This document shows, piece by piece, positions 9,453 to 19,047 of a DNA stretch of 64,000 nucleotides. The stretch's first letter is position 1, and each line of letters opens with the position of its first letter. Source of the stretch: an uncultured Chloroflexia bacterium (GTDB taxonomy: Bacteria; Chloroflexota; Limnocylindria; QHBO01); the NCBI GenBank assembly GCA_963814375.1, contig CAWFCQ010000001.1, positions 22,043 to 86,042 of the forward strand, read 5' to 3'. The notes below the pieces were generated by a model, which was not told the origin of the DNA, made no database searches, and worked only from the letters and a program-made list of their open reading frames with translations. The position numbers and the translations under genes are program-made.

Positions 9453-10659
9453 ATGACCGGATACTCGGCCGATGTCGCGGCGAGCCGCGCTGGCGCTGAC
9501 CGCGCCGAGATCGATCGGCTCACCCAGCTTGGCGTCCTGAGCGGCGACGCCGACGGCGGCTATACCGAAGCGGACATCCGCCGCGTGCAGGTCGTCCAGG
9601 AGCTGGAGCGGTCCGGCCTGTTGACGGAGGCGCTGGCCAACCTGCTACGCGACGGAGGGATCTCCCTTGAGTTCATCGATGAGGCCGGCTTCGGGGTATT
9701 CGCGCCTCTCAGCGACGTCACCTTCGCCGAGCTCAGCGAGCGGACCGGCATCCCGGTCGACCTGCTGACGGTTCTCCGAGACGTCACAGGGGGGAAATCG
9801 GCAGCGCCCGGCGACCGGGTGCGCGAGGACGAGCTCGAGATCCTGCCTCTCATGGAGTATCAGCTCGAGCTCGGATTCCGACCGCAGGCAGTCGAGCGCG
9901 CGCTGCGGGTGTACGGCGACAGCCTGCGGCGGATCGCGGAGAGCGAGGCCGAGTGGTGGCGGTCGGAGGTCCAGGACCCCTTGCTTGCGAAGGGAGGATC
10001 GGCGAACGATATCGGCCAGCGGGCTCGGGAGATCTCGCCGCGTTTGTCGCTGGCGTCCGATGGGGCGCTGGCCGCGATCTACCACGCGCAGCAGATGCAC
10101 GTCTGGTCGGTGAACATCGTTGGCGGCTTCGCGCTGGCCCTGGAGCAGGCGGGCATCCGACGTCGCGAGGAGACGCTTCCCCGCGATGTGCTTCCTCGAC
10201 CTCAGCGGGTACACCCAGCTGACGCAGGAGCGCGGTGACGCCGCGGCCGCAGAGCTCGCCGAGCGGCTGAATCGAATCGTGCAGCGCATCTCGGTGCAGC
10301 ACGGTGGCCGCCCGGTCAAGTGGCTGGGAGACGGGGTGATGTTCCACTTCCCGGAGCCGGCCGGCGGCGTGGTGGCCGCCATCGAGATGGTCGGCGCCCT
10401 CGCCGAAGCCGGCCTGCCGCCGGCCCACGTCGGTCTCCATGCCGGACCGGTCGTCCTCCAGGAGGGAGACTTCTACGGACAGACCGTCAACCTCGCCTCG
10501 CGCATCGGCGAGTACGCTCGCGCCGGCGAGGTCCTCGTCAGCCAATCGGTGGTGGATGCCGCCAGTGAGTCCGGTGCAACCTTCGAGCCGATCGGCGACG
10601 TTGCGCTCAAAGGTGTCGCGCAGCCGATCTCGCTCTATGCCGCACAATCGGATTCCTGA
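9453..10659 (+). CDS. class III adenylate cyclase with N-terminal regulatory domain (frameshift near 10180)
   Basis: FLDLSGYT, VKWLGDGVM and GDFYGQTVNLASRI catalytic motifs; helical N-terminal regulatory region. Confidence 0.88.
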
Positions 10660-10850
10660 ACCGCTCATCCTCGCGCGGTTGCCCTTCAGCGGCACTAATG
10701 GCCAAGTTCGCGCTCCAGCGTGGCCGGCTGGACCGATCCGCGGCAACAGACAGCCACCTTGGGACGGTAATCATCCCCACGTTGGCTGATAGTTCCGCTC
10801 CGGAACAACGCCGCGGAATGCCACCGAGGTGAGTCACGACGTCGAACGGA

Positions 10851-11339
10851 TCACTGTCGCCAGGTGACGTAGCGGGGAACGCGGTCACGGTAGGCCGTGT
10901 ACGCCGCTCCGAAGCGATCCTCGAGCCGTGACTCCTCGGCCTGGATCTCGCGGTCCACGGCGGCGACGGCGACAGCCCAGCCGGCCAGCATCCAGACCGA
11001 CCGGCTCGCCAGCGCCACGCCGAGCACGCCGGCGGACCACCCGACGTACATCGGGTTCCGGGTCAGGGCATACGCACCGTGGGTGACGAGCGCCGACTCG
11101 CGTTCGACGTCCGCCTCGCCGGCCGAGACGACAGCCCACGCAGCGAGACCGACGCCTCCGGCGACCAGCGAGGTCGCGAGCGGCCATCGCGCTCCGCCGT
11201 CGAGTGGCAGGCGGATCGGGACGAGGTAGTGGAGCCCGGCCCCCGCGATGACGGCGGCGACGTGTGCTTCCGGGACGGGGACGTTCGACCAGCGCATGCG
11301 ATTCGGCGTGCTGACTCCTGCCGCGGAGGCTAGCACCAC
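10851..11339 (-). CDS. ICMT/PEMT-family membrane methyltransferase
   Basis: LVTHGAYALTRNPMY and EESRLEDRFGAAYTAYRDRVPR motifs. Confidence 0.85.
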   Translation of the reverse strand: MVLASAAGVSTPNRMRWSNVPVPEAHVAAVIAGAGLHYLVPIRLPLDGGARWPLATSLVAGGVGLAAWAVVSAGEADVERESALVTHGAYALTRNPMYVGWSAGVLGVALASRSVWMLAGWAVAVAAVDREIQAEESRLEDRFGAAYTAYRDRVPRYVTWRQ

Positions 11340-11394
11340 GATGGCGAGTTCCGGCTCTTGGCGTCATGGGTCGGGCGGCGTACACTTCGCCAAA

Positions 11395-11604
11395 GTGAAC
11401 ATTCGTTCTATTGTGGCGCCGACGCTGTCGCGCTATCCGACCGAGTACCAGTGGCAGGAGCTCGAAGACGAGCTGCGCCGGACGCTCAGCAAGATGCCGA
11501 TGCAGTCGCTGCCGGAGGCGCTCGGCGACGAGCCGGCGAAGACGGTGCTCGAGGACTGGCGCCATCGCCACTGGCTGGACGAGACGGCGAATCTCCTGCC
11601 GTAG
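11395..11604 (+). CDS. small hypothetical protein, putatively SOS-regulated (alternative start GTG 11413)
   Basis: Strong GC3 codon bias; APTLSRYPTEYQWQELEDELRRTL...WRHRHWLDE. Confidence 0.65.
   Translation: MNIRSIVAPTLSRYPTEYQWQELEDELRRTLSKMPMQSLPEALGDEPAKTVLEDWRHRHWLDETANLLP
11397..11408. promoter_or_regulatory. LexA (SOS) box GAAC-ATTC-GTTC
   Basis: Perfect GAAC-N4-GTTC with an AT-rich spacer, downstream of a TACACT -10 at 11381-11386. Confidence 0.7.
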
Positions 11605-11636
11605 CGACGGCGCGTCGCCCTGCGACAATCGCCCTC

Positions 11637-14450
11637 GTGGCACTGATCGACCGCGAGTCCGAGCGAAGGCAGATCGAGTCGTTCCTCGATGGCGGCGGAT
11701 CGGGGACGCGCGCCCTCCTGCTCAGCGGCGTGGCCGGCATCGGCAAGACGACGCTGTGGCAGGCGGCGCTTGAAGGCGCCGGCGAGCGCGGCTACCGCAT
11801 CATCACCACGCGCCCAACGGAGGCTGAGGCGCGGCTCCCGCTGGCGGGCCTCAACGACCTGTTCGGCGAGCTCGTCGAGGTCGCCCAGGGCGTCCTGCCG
11901 CCGCCGCAGCAGGCTGCCATAGACGTGGCCCTCATGCGCGCCGATGTCGGGGACGAGCCGATCCAGCCCCTGGCGCTGTCACTGGCGGTGCTGGAGCTCG
12001 TCCGCGTTGCGACGCGGGAGCGGCCGCTCGCCCTGGCGATGGACGATGTCCAGTGGCTCGACGATTCGACGGCCGGCGTGCTGCGGTTCGCGCTGCGCCG
12101 GGTGGACCAGGAGCCGGTGATCGTCATCGCCACCGAGCGAAGCTCGTCCGACGCGACGCTGCCGGACGCCGTCGCCGACCTCTCCCCTGAGCGCGTCACC
12201 CGCCTAGCCGTCTCGCCGCTCGGCCCGGAGGCAACCGATCGGCTGCTGGACGAGTCGCTCGGCCTGCGCCTCGCGCCGACCGTGCTGCGACGCGTCCACC
12301 GGATGTCTGGCGGCAATCCCTTCTATGCCCTCGAGGTCGGCCGGGTCGTCCAGGCGCGACGGAGGGAGCAGGCGGCAGACGAGATCGCGCTGCCCGATTC
12401 GCTGACCGGCCTCCTGCGGGAGCGCCTCGCATCACTGACGCCCGACGCGCGCGCCGTGTTGGTCCACGCCGCGGCGCTGTCGCAGCCAACGGCCCCACTG
12501 CTCGAGGCGGCGCTCGGAGTCGAGCCCGCCCGCTCCGGGTTGGCCGCCGCCGAGGCCACCGCCATGCTGACCGTCGCCGGCGACCACATCCGGTTCACGC
12601 ACCCGCTCCTGGCGGCGGAGGCCTACGGCGAGCTCGACGAGACCGAGCGACGCGACGTCCATCGGCGATTGGCGGCGGTCGTCGCCGAGCCGGAGGAGCT
12701 GGCCCGCCACCTCGCCCTGGCGACTTCCGGACCGGATCCCGATGTCGCGGCGGCCCTCGATGCTGCCGCCAGCCACGCGGCAAGCCGCGGCGCCCCGGAC
12801 GCGGCCGCCGAGCTGGCGGAGCTCGCTGCCCGCCTGACGACGAATACCGATGCCGAGCGGGCGCGACGGATGGCGGCAGCCGGGCGCCATCGGCTCATGG
12901 CCGGCGACGTCGAACGCTCGCGCGAGCTCTTGGAGCGCGCGCTCGAGGAACCCGCCGCCGCCCGGGGAGTCGCGCGGGCCGAGCTTCTGTTCCGCCTTGC
13001 GGGAGTGAGGCAGCTGTTGGACGACTTCGAGGCGTCCGACGCACTGGGTCAAGAGGCCCTGCGCCATGCCGCTGACGACGTCGCGCTCACCGTCCAGGTC
13101 AAGCTGCTCCTCGCCGGGGTCGCGTTCATCACCGGGAGGCGCTGGAAGGCAGGTGCGAAGCACGCATCAGAGGCAATGCGCCTGGCCGATGCGGCGGGCG
13201 ATCCCCGGCTCGTGGCGACGGCGATCGGCGCGTACCTCTCCTGGCGCTATGCCACCGGGCATGGGCTCGACTCGAAGCTGGTCCGGCGGGCCGAGGCGCT
13301 CGAGCCCGAGACGCGCCACTTCCGCACGCTCGATCTGCCGGAGTTCGACATAGCGAGCATCGAGGCTTCCGAAGGGCTGACGGCCTCGGCCTACGCCCGC
13401 CTCGGCAAGCTCGTCGATCGTGCCGAGGACGACGGCGACTACTCCAGCCTGCCATTCCTGCTGGCCACCGCGGCCCTCGGTGACTTCCTCGACGGCCGGC
13501 GCGACGACGCCCGTGAGCGGCTGGGTCGTTCCGAGCGCCTCGCCGTGACGACCGGCCAGCACACGGCGCGGGTCCACACCCTCGTGGGTGAAGCCCGCAT
13601 CGAGGCGCGCCTCGGCAATCCCGAACGTGCCATCGCCGCGGGGCGCGAGGCGTTCGAGCTGATGGAGGACACGAAGTGGCGCGTCGGTGACTGGTGGATG
13701 CGGACCGACCTCGCGATGCTCCAGCTGAGCCTCGACGACCCGTCGGCGGCCCTCGAGTACGTCGCCCGGTCCGTCACTCCGTCCGAAGCCGACGACGCGG
13801 GTCGACGCAGATGGGCCCAACCGGCAGCGGTGGAGGCGCTCGTCGCGCTCGGCCGTCACGATGAGGCTGCATTGGCCCTCGACATCATCGAGGCCGAGTC
13901 GAGAGCGCGCGATCCTCGCCGCCTCCGGGCCGATCGGCTGCGGGCCAGGGCGCGATTCCTGGCCTCGACCGGCGACATCGGAGCGGCGGAGGAGCTCATC
14001 GGCCAGGCAGAAGCGCTTCACCGCGACATGGGCGACGCTTGGGAGCTGGCTCGGACGATGCTCGTGGTGGGGGAGATCCACCGCCGCGCTCGCCGGCGCG
14101 CGATGGCCAGGGCGGCGCTGCGCGAGGCGCTCGAGACGTTCGTCTTCCTGGGTGCGCAGCTGTGGGCCAGGCAAGCTCGAGAGCAGCTGGCACGCATCAG
14201 CGGAGCCCGCCCTCCGGGAGAGCTGACGCCGACCCAGCACCGGGTGGCGGAGCTCGCGGCAGGTGGCCTGACGAACCGGCAGGTCGCCGATCGGCTCTCG
14301 ATGAGCCCGCACACCGTCGAAGCTCATCTCAGCGCTGCCTACCAGGCGCTCGGGATCCGCTCGCGCTCCGAGCTGCGTGGCGCGCTCGCGACTGATCCGG
14401 CTCCGGTGCGGGATTCAGCCGGCGGAACCCGGGATACAGCACCGTCATAG
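11637..14450 (+). CDS. large ATP-binding LuxR-family (LAL/MalT-like) regulator
   Basis: Walker A GVAGIGKT, Walker B MDDVQWLD, GGNPFY, helical repeats and C-terminal LuxR HTH (LTNRQVADRLSMSPHTVEAHL). Confidence 0.92.
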   Translation: MALIDRESERRQIESFLDGGGSGTRALLLSGVAGIGKTTLWQAALEGAGERGYRIITTRPTEAEARLPLAGLNDLFGELVEVAQGVLPPPQQAAIDVALMRADVGDEPIQPLALSLAVLELVRVATRERPLALAMDDVQWLDDSTAGVLRFALRRVDQEPVIVIATERSSSDATLPDAVADLSPERVTRLAVSPLGPEATDRLLDESLGLRLAPTVLRRVHRMSGGNPFYALEVGRVVQARRREQAADEIALPDSLTGLLRERLASLTPDARAVLVHAAALSQPTAPLLEAALGVEPARSGLAAAEATAMLTVAGDHIRFTHPLLAAEAYGELDETERRDVHRRLAAVVAEPEELARHLALATSGPDPDVAAALDAAASHAASRGAPDAAAELAELAARLTTNTDAERARRMAAAGRHRLMAGDVERSRELLERALEEPAAARGVARAELLFRLAGVRQLLDDFEASDALGQEALRHAADDVALTVQVKLLLAGVAFITGRRWKAGAKHASEAMRLADAAGDPRLVATAIGAYLSWRYATGHGLDSKLVRRAEALEPETRHFRTLDLPEFDIASIEASEGLTASAYARLGKLVDRAEDDGDYSSLPFLLATAALGDFLDGRRDDARERLGRSERLAVTTGQHTARVHTLVGEARIEARLGNPERAIAAGREAFELMEDTKWRVGDWWMRTDLAMLQLSLDDPSAALEYVARSVTPSEADDAGRRRWAQPAAVEALVALGRHDEAALALDIIEAESRARDPRRLRADRLRARARFLASTGDIGAAEELIGQAEALHRDMGDAWELARTMLVVGEIHRRARRRAMARAALREALETFVFLGAQLWARQAREQLARISGARPPGELTPTQHRVAELAAGGLTNRQVADRLSMSPHTVEAHLSAAYQALGIRSRSELRGALATDPAPVRDSAGGTRDTAPS

Positions 14451-14546
14451 ATCCGAGCCATTGGGGAATTTCGCTCTTCGCCCGCTGAGCCGATGCTCGA
14501 CGCAGAGCTCGCCGGGAGGTCCGGCGACAACAGAGGAGCAAGAGCA

Positions 14547-14828
14547 ATGGCTCACGTCAACCAGGCGGAGCGAAACTTCCCGCAGACCGCCTTCTACGTC
14601 TTCGCAACGGCTCTCATGGCCGCGGCAGTCACCGTGATCGTCGCCCTCTCAGCGCTCGGTCCCATCCGGCTCGGTCCGATCTCGGAACCGATCCAGATCA
14701 GCCCCGCGCTGGTGCAGGCCGGCCGCCAGTGGGAGCTCGAGCACAAGCAGCAGAGCGGCTACGTCGATCCAGTCATCGAGTACGGCCGCGACTGGGAGAA
14801 GCAGCGCCGGCAGCAGAGCTCCTTCTGA
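14547..14828 (+). CDS. small single-pass membrane protein with a duplicated GRxWExxxxQQS motif
   Basis: GAGGAG RBS; TM helix; GRQWELEHKQQSG / GRDWEKQRRQQSS. Confidence 0.75.
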   Translation: MAHVNQAERNFPQTAFYVFATALMAAAVTVIVALSALGPIRLGPISEPIQISPALVQAGRQWELEHKQQSGYVDPVIEYGRDWEKQRRQQSSF

Positions 14829-14844
14829 CCAGATCCGCCACCCT

Positions 14845-14881
14845 GGCCCGGCCGCGGGACGATCCCACGGCCGGGCCCTTT
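14845..14881 (+). terminator. intrinsic terminator
   Basis: GGCCCGGCCG...CGGCCGGGCC stem followed by CTTT. Confidence 0.65.
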
Positions 14882-15065
14882 CGTCTTGCCCATACGCCGC
14901 GGGGATCGACCAGATCCCCGCTCTTTACCGATGCGAGTAATCAACGGAGAAGGAAGCACCGGTTCCGTCTCGAATCGGTCACGCGTTTCCCGACTTCGGT
15001 AACCGATCGCCAAGGAAGGGCCACTGGGTCTCCGTTGGTTACCGGTGCTGGTAAACCGTCACTCG

Positions 15066-15097
15066 TCCACGCAACGTTCACAGTCCGTGCGCAATCG
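15066..15097 (+). promoter_or_regulatory. putative response-regulator box, copy 1
   Basis: TCCAC-N6-TTCACAGT-CCGTGCGCAATCG; 24/32 identical to 33318-33349. Confidence 0.6.
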
Positions 15098-15161
15098 CAC
15101 GTCAGCCTCTTCGGTGAGCGACCCGACACGCGGGACGCGCCACACACTGAGAGGAATCACG

Positions 15162-15464
15162 ATGCATGCAGTCATGAGGACGCAGAATCCAGCCGACTCA
15201 GGTCGAGGGATCCGAGGCACGTTCTATCCGAGCGAAGGAGCCGGCGGCGGCGGCGGATCGATGGGCGCAGTGCTGCCGAAGGTGATCGGTGTCGTGGTGG
15301 CCATGGCGGTCGTGCGCACCGTCATCGCCAGCGCGAAGCACCACGGAGGCTCGTCGCGGTGGGGCCGTCGGCGCGAGGCGATCGCCGAGCTCCATCGGGA
15401 GCTTCACGCCGAAGACGGTGGGAACGAGCCCGCGCCCAAGGGCTCGCGCGGCGCGACCGCCTGA
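15162..15464 (+). CDS. small membrane protein with C-terminal ELHRELH motif
   Basis: GAGAGGA RBS; one TM helix; WGRRREAIAELHRELH. Confidence 0.7.
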   Translation: MHAVMRTQNPADSGRGIRGTFYPSEGAGGGGGSMGAVLPKVIGVVVAMAVVRTVIASAKHHGGSSRWGRRREAIAELHRELHAEDGGNEPAPKGSRGATA

Positions 15465-15520
15465 TCATTGGCCTGTGGCGGGCGCGTGGGGCTGGCATCG
15501 GCGTTGCTGAAGAGAGGCGC

Positions 15521-16396
15521 GTGATGGACGACTTTCCGCTGCCCGGCATGGGTGCCATGGCCCTCGCCGCCCCGGCACCTGGCACGGGCGAGGGTTGGTG
15601 GGCCGGCTCGTCCAGCGCCGCCCAGGACGAGGACGGCTCGTTCGTTATCGCCTATCGCGTTCGGACCGGTCACGCCGGCCGCGGCTCGACGGTCGTCGCC
15701 CGCTCCCCGGACGGCGAGCACCTCACGACCGTGGCTCACCTCGACCAGGCTCGGTTCAATGCCGCCTCCATGGAGCGCCCCGCCATCGTCAGGACCGATG
15801 ACGGACGCTGGCGGCTCTACGTCTGCTCCGCATCCCGGCCGCCGAGCAAGCACTGGTGGATCGACCTGCTCGAGGCCGATGATCCGGCCGGCTTCGCCAC
15901 GGCCGAGGCTCGGACCGTCTTTCCGGGCGACGAGCGGACCGGCGTGAAGGACCCGATCGTGCGCCGCACCCCGGACGGGGGATGGGAGGCGTGGATCTGC
16001 TGCCATCCCCTCGACGTGGCGGACGAGGAGGACCGCATGACGACTGCGTACGCCACATCGCCTGACGGCATCGCGTGGCAGGTGCACGGCACCGCTCTCG
16101 CACCGCGCGATGGCACGTGGGACCAGCGCGGCGCGCGCCTCACCGTCGTTCTGCCCGACGGTCGTGCCGCGTACGACGGCCGCGCCTCGAAGGAGGAGAA
16201 CTGGTTCGAGCGGACCGGTCTGGCGCGGCTGACGGGGGAGCGGCCGGGCGCCTTCGAGCAGATCGGCGACGATGCGGTGCGTGACGTTCGCTACCTCGAC
16301 GTCCTGCCGCTGCCGGGTGGCGGGTATCGGATCTGGTACGAGGCGCGCCTCCCCGACGAGAGCCACGAGCTACGCACCGAGCTCATCCCAGGGTGA
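15521..16396 (+). CDS. glycoside-hydrolase-like five-bladed beta-propeller protein
   Basis: SMERPA and VKDP blade motifs; SPDG Asp-box-like repeats. Confidence 0.7.
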   Translation: MMDDFPLPGMGAMALAAPAPGTGEGWWAGSSSAAQDEDGSFVIAYRVRTGHAGRGSTVVARSPDGEHLTTVAHLDQARFNAASMERPAIVRTDDGRWRLYVCSASRPPSKHWWIDLLEADDPAGFATAEARTVFPGDERTGVKDPIVRRTPDGGWEAWICCHPLDVADEEDRMTTAYATSPDGIAWQVHGTALAPRDGTWDQRGARLTVVLPDGRAAYDGRASKEENWFERTGLARLTGERPGAFEQIGDDAVRDVRYLDVLPLPGGGYRIWYEARLPDESHELRTELIPG

Positions 16397-17348
16397 CGAC
16401 CACCTTGCCCCGCACGCCGCCCGCTTCGACGTAGCGCACCGCCTCCGGGATCTTCTCGAAGGGAAAGGTGCGGTCGATGACCGGGGTGATCTTGCCCGCC
16501 TCGAGGAGCTCCTTGAGGATGAAGAGATCGTCGCGGCTCACATGCGAGAGGAAGGGCAGGACCTTCTTGCTCGAGAAGCGGGATGACACCGCGGCACGGG
16601 CGATCCGGCCCAGGAATCCAACCCACTCGCCCGCCCCCGGAGCGACCATGACGACCGTGCCGGTGGGGGAGAGCACGCGGCGCAGGGCCGAGAGGGAGTG
16701 GTTGCCTCCGACGTCGAGGATCAGGTCGTACCGCTCGCTGCCGCGCGTGAAGTCCTCCGCCGTGTAGTCGATGACATGATCGGCGCCGATCGACCGCACG
16801 ATGTCGACGGTCCGGGTGTTGGTTACCCCGGTCACCTCGGCGCCGAGTGCCTTGGCGATCTGGACGGCGAAGGTGCCGACGCCACCGCCCGCCCCATTGA
16901 TGAGAACGCGCTGACCGGCCTCGAGCCGGCCCTTGTCGCGAAGGCCCTGGAGCGCCGTCTGTCCCGCGACCGAGACCGCGGCGGCCTGCTCGAAGCTGAG
17001 CCTCTCGGGCATCGGCACGACGTTCTTGCCGACGATGTACTCCGCGAACGCGCCCGAGCGCGAGCCGAAGACGCGGTCGCCGGGCTCGAGATCCGTCACC
17101 TTCGCGCCGACGGCCTCGACCGTGCCGGCGACGTCGATGCCGAGCACGGAGTTCTTCGGCCGGCGTAAGCCCTCGTCCATGCGCGTGATGTAGGGCTTGC
17201 CTCGGAGCATGTGCCAGTCGTGCGCGTTGATGGAAGTGGCATGGACCCGGACCAGCGCGGCATCCTCGGCCAGGGCCGGCTTGTCGATCTCGGCGAGGCG
17301 CATCACATCCGGTGAGCCGTATCGGTCTCTGACGATCGCTTTCATCAT
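16383..17348 (-). CDS. NAD(P)-dependent medium-chain dehydrogenase/reductase (quinone-oxidoreductase-like), copy 1
   Basis: MKAIVRDRYGSPDV, NGAGGGVGTFAVQIAK and GKVVV motifs. Confidence 0.92.
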   Translation of the reverse strand: MMKAIVRDRYGSPDVMRLAEIDKPALAEDAALVRVHATSINAHDWHMLRGKPYITRMDEGLRRPKNSVLGIDVAGTVEAVGAKVTDLEPGDRVFGSRSGAFAEYIVGKNVVPMPERLSFEQAAAVSVAGQTALQGLRDKGRLEAGQRVLINGAGGGVGTFAVQIAKALGAEVTGVTNTRTVDIVRSIGADHVIDYTAEDFTRGSERYDLILDVGGNHSLSALRRVLSPTGTVVMVAPGAGEWVGFLGRIARAAVSSRFSSKKVLPFLSHVSRDDLFILKELLEAGKITPVIDRTFPFEKIPEAVRYVEAGGVRGKVVVTLG

Positions 17349-17353
17349 TCTTT

Positions 17354-17401
17354 CGTACGCTGTAAGATTGGGTGACGCCAAGTTACGTCTTACAGCGTAA
17401 G
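17354..17401. promoter_or_regulatory. TetR operator sites C(G/T)TAC-N3-GTAAG (2 copies)
   Basis: CGTACGCTGTAAG 17354-17366 and CTTACAGCGTAAG 17389-17401, next to a reverse-strand TTGACA. Confidence 0.7.
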
Positions 17402-17435
17402 ATTGTCAAGCCCCACGTGCAGGAGCCGAAGGAAG

Positions 17436-18104
17436 ATGGCGAACCAGGCCACGACGCTCGACGAGCCACGCGTGCCGATGAGCCGCGAGCGTGTGCTGCG
17501 CACGGCCATCGACCTCGCCGATGCCGGCGGCCTCGAGTCGCTGACGATGCGCCGGCTGGCGCAGGAGCTCGGGGTGGAGGCGATGACGCTGTACTACTAC
17601 GTCGCCAACAAGGACGAGATCCTCAAGGGCATTGCCGACCTCGTCGAGGGGGAGATCGAGCTGCCCGCCCCCGACGACGACTGGAAGTCCGCACTGCGCC
17701 GCACGGCGATCTCGGCCTACGAGATCCTCATCCGCCATCCGTGGTCCGCCGGCCTGATCCTCTCCGCCGGCGGAGTGGGCACGGCTCGCCTGGCCTACAT
17801 GGAGGCGATCCTCGGCAGCCTCCGACGAGCCGGCTTCTCGGAGGGCCTGACCGATCACGGCTATCACGCGATCGAGAGCCACATCATGGGCTTCACCCTG
17901 TGGGAGGTGGCAATGAACATCGGCACCCAGGAGAACCTGGCGGCGGCCGCTTCCGAGTTCCTCGCGCAGATGCCCCGCGAGGAATATCCCCATATCGCCG
18001 AGCACATCGAGTGGCATCTCGCGCCGCGCCCGACGGGCGACGAGGGCGCCTTTGTCTTCGGCCTCGACCTGATCCTCGACGGTCTAGAACGAATGCGCAC
18101 CTGA
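17436..18104 (+). CDS. TetR/AcrR regulator (TetR_C type), copy 1
   Basis: LTMRRLAQELGVEAMTLYYYVANK HTH; FGLDLILDGL tail. Confidence 0.93.
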   Translation: MANQATTLDEPRVPMSRERVLRTAIDLADAGGLESLTMRRLAQELGVEAMTLYYYVANKDEILKGIADLVEGEIELPAPDDDWKSALRRTAISAYEILIRHPWSAGLILSAGGVGTARLAYMEAILGSLRRAGFSEGLTDHGYHAIESHIMGFTLWEVAMNIGTQENLAAAASEFLAQMPREEYPHIAEHIEWHLAPRPTGDEGAFVFGLDLILDGLERMRT

Positions 18105-18163
18105 TCTGCCGCTCGATCGCCCGAAGGGCGAGCGTTGGCCCGCTTCCTGCTTGTGCGCTCGGG

Positions 18164-18682
18164 ATGCGTTACGTGATGTTGGGGGTAGTTCTCCTTCTCT
18201 CGACCGCGGCGCCGGTGCGCGCGGACACCGGTCTGACCGGCGCGGTCGCGTCGGCCTTCTTCGCTCGGACCGCGGACGCCGGGCTGCACGAGATCGCGCA
18301 TCAGCGCGTCGCCGAGCTCAGCGCCTGCGACTGTCTCGAGCATGACCGCATGCGCGCCGGGACGGCCGAGGTGCTCGGCTGGAACGATGGGGCGCCGAAT
18401 CCCGTTGCTTCCGTGGTCGGCCAGTGGATCGGAAGCCCGGGCCACAGCGCGATCCTGGCGAACCAGACGTACGGGCGAATCGGCTGCGCCGAGCTCGTCG
18501 ACGGCGGGACTCACTGGTTCGCCTGCGTGCTCGCGCCCGGACCACTGCCAGCGCGACCCGCGCCTGCCGCACGGGCCGTGCAGGGCGCCGCGCCGGTCGT
18601 GGCCCTGCCCGACACCGCCATGCCTGCTGTGGATTCGAGCGATGGCGGATCGACCGTCCGGGAGCGTCAGCGCCCCCTGTAG
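18164..18682 (+). CDS. secreted CAP/SCP-domain protein
   Basis: Signal peptide; AEVL, WIGSPGHSAIL and IGCA CAP motifs. Confidence 0.75.
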   Translation: MRYVMLGVVLLLSTAAPVRADTGLTGAVASAFFARTADAGLHEIAHQRVAELSACDCLEHDRMRAGTAEVLGWNDGAPNPVASVVGQWIGSPGHSAILANQTYGRIGCAELVDGGTHWFACVLAPGPLPARPAPAARAVQGAAPVVALPDTAMPAVDSSDGGSTVRERQRPL

Positions 18683-18685
18683 AGG

Positions 18686-18919
18686 TCAGCCCTCCTCGGT
18701 CGACATCGGCGTGTTCGCAATGCGCTCCACGACATCCGGCGCCAGCCCGGTCTCTTCGGCGAGCATGTCGACCCAGGACCGGCCCGATCGGCGCGCTGCA
18801 TCCTCGATGTCGGTGGCGCCGGGCGTCTTCTCGAGGATGCGTCCTATTCCCTCGAGGACCTGCATCTGGAGATCGAGCTCCTCCTTCTCCTTGATGAGGT
18901 CACTCAGGCTCTCTTCCAC
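18686..18919 (-). CDS. small acidic hypothetical protein
   Basis: GGAGG RBS before GTG; coiled-coil-like N-terminus; biased codon usage. Confidence 0.65.
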   Translation of the reverse strand: MEESLSDLIKEKEELDLQMQVLEGIGRILEKTPGATDIEDAARRSGRSWVDMLAEETGLAPDVVERIANTPMSTEEG

Positions 18920-19047
18920 GGTGTTTCCTCCCCGGGCCTATGGCTTGAGTCGCGCCCCTGCATCAGGTCCAGTCGGACGGTCGAACCGAGATCGTACGCC
19001 GCCGCCCCGGCGAGTTAGCGGCCACCCTGAGGGTCGGACCGAGGGCC

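Noticed and set aside
10780-10812. Hammerhead ribozyme (CTGA followed by a hairpin)
   Set aside because: Lacks the CUGANGA and GAAA core.
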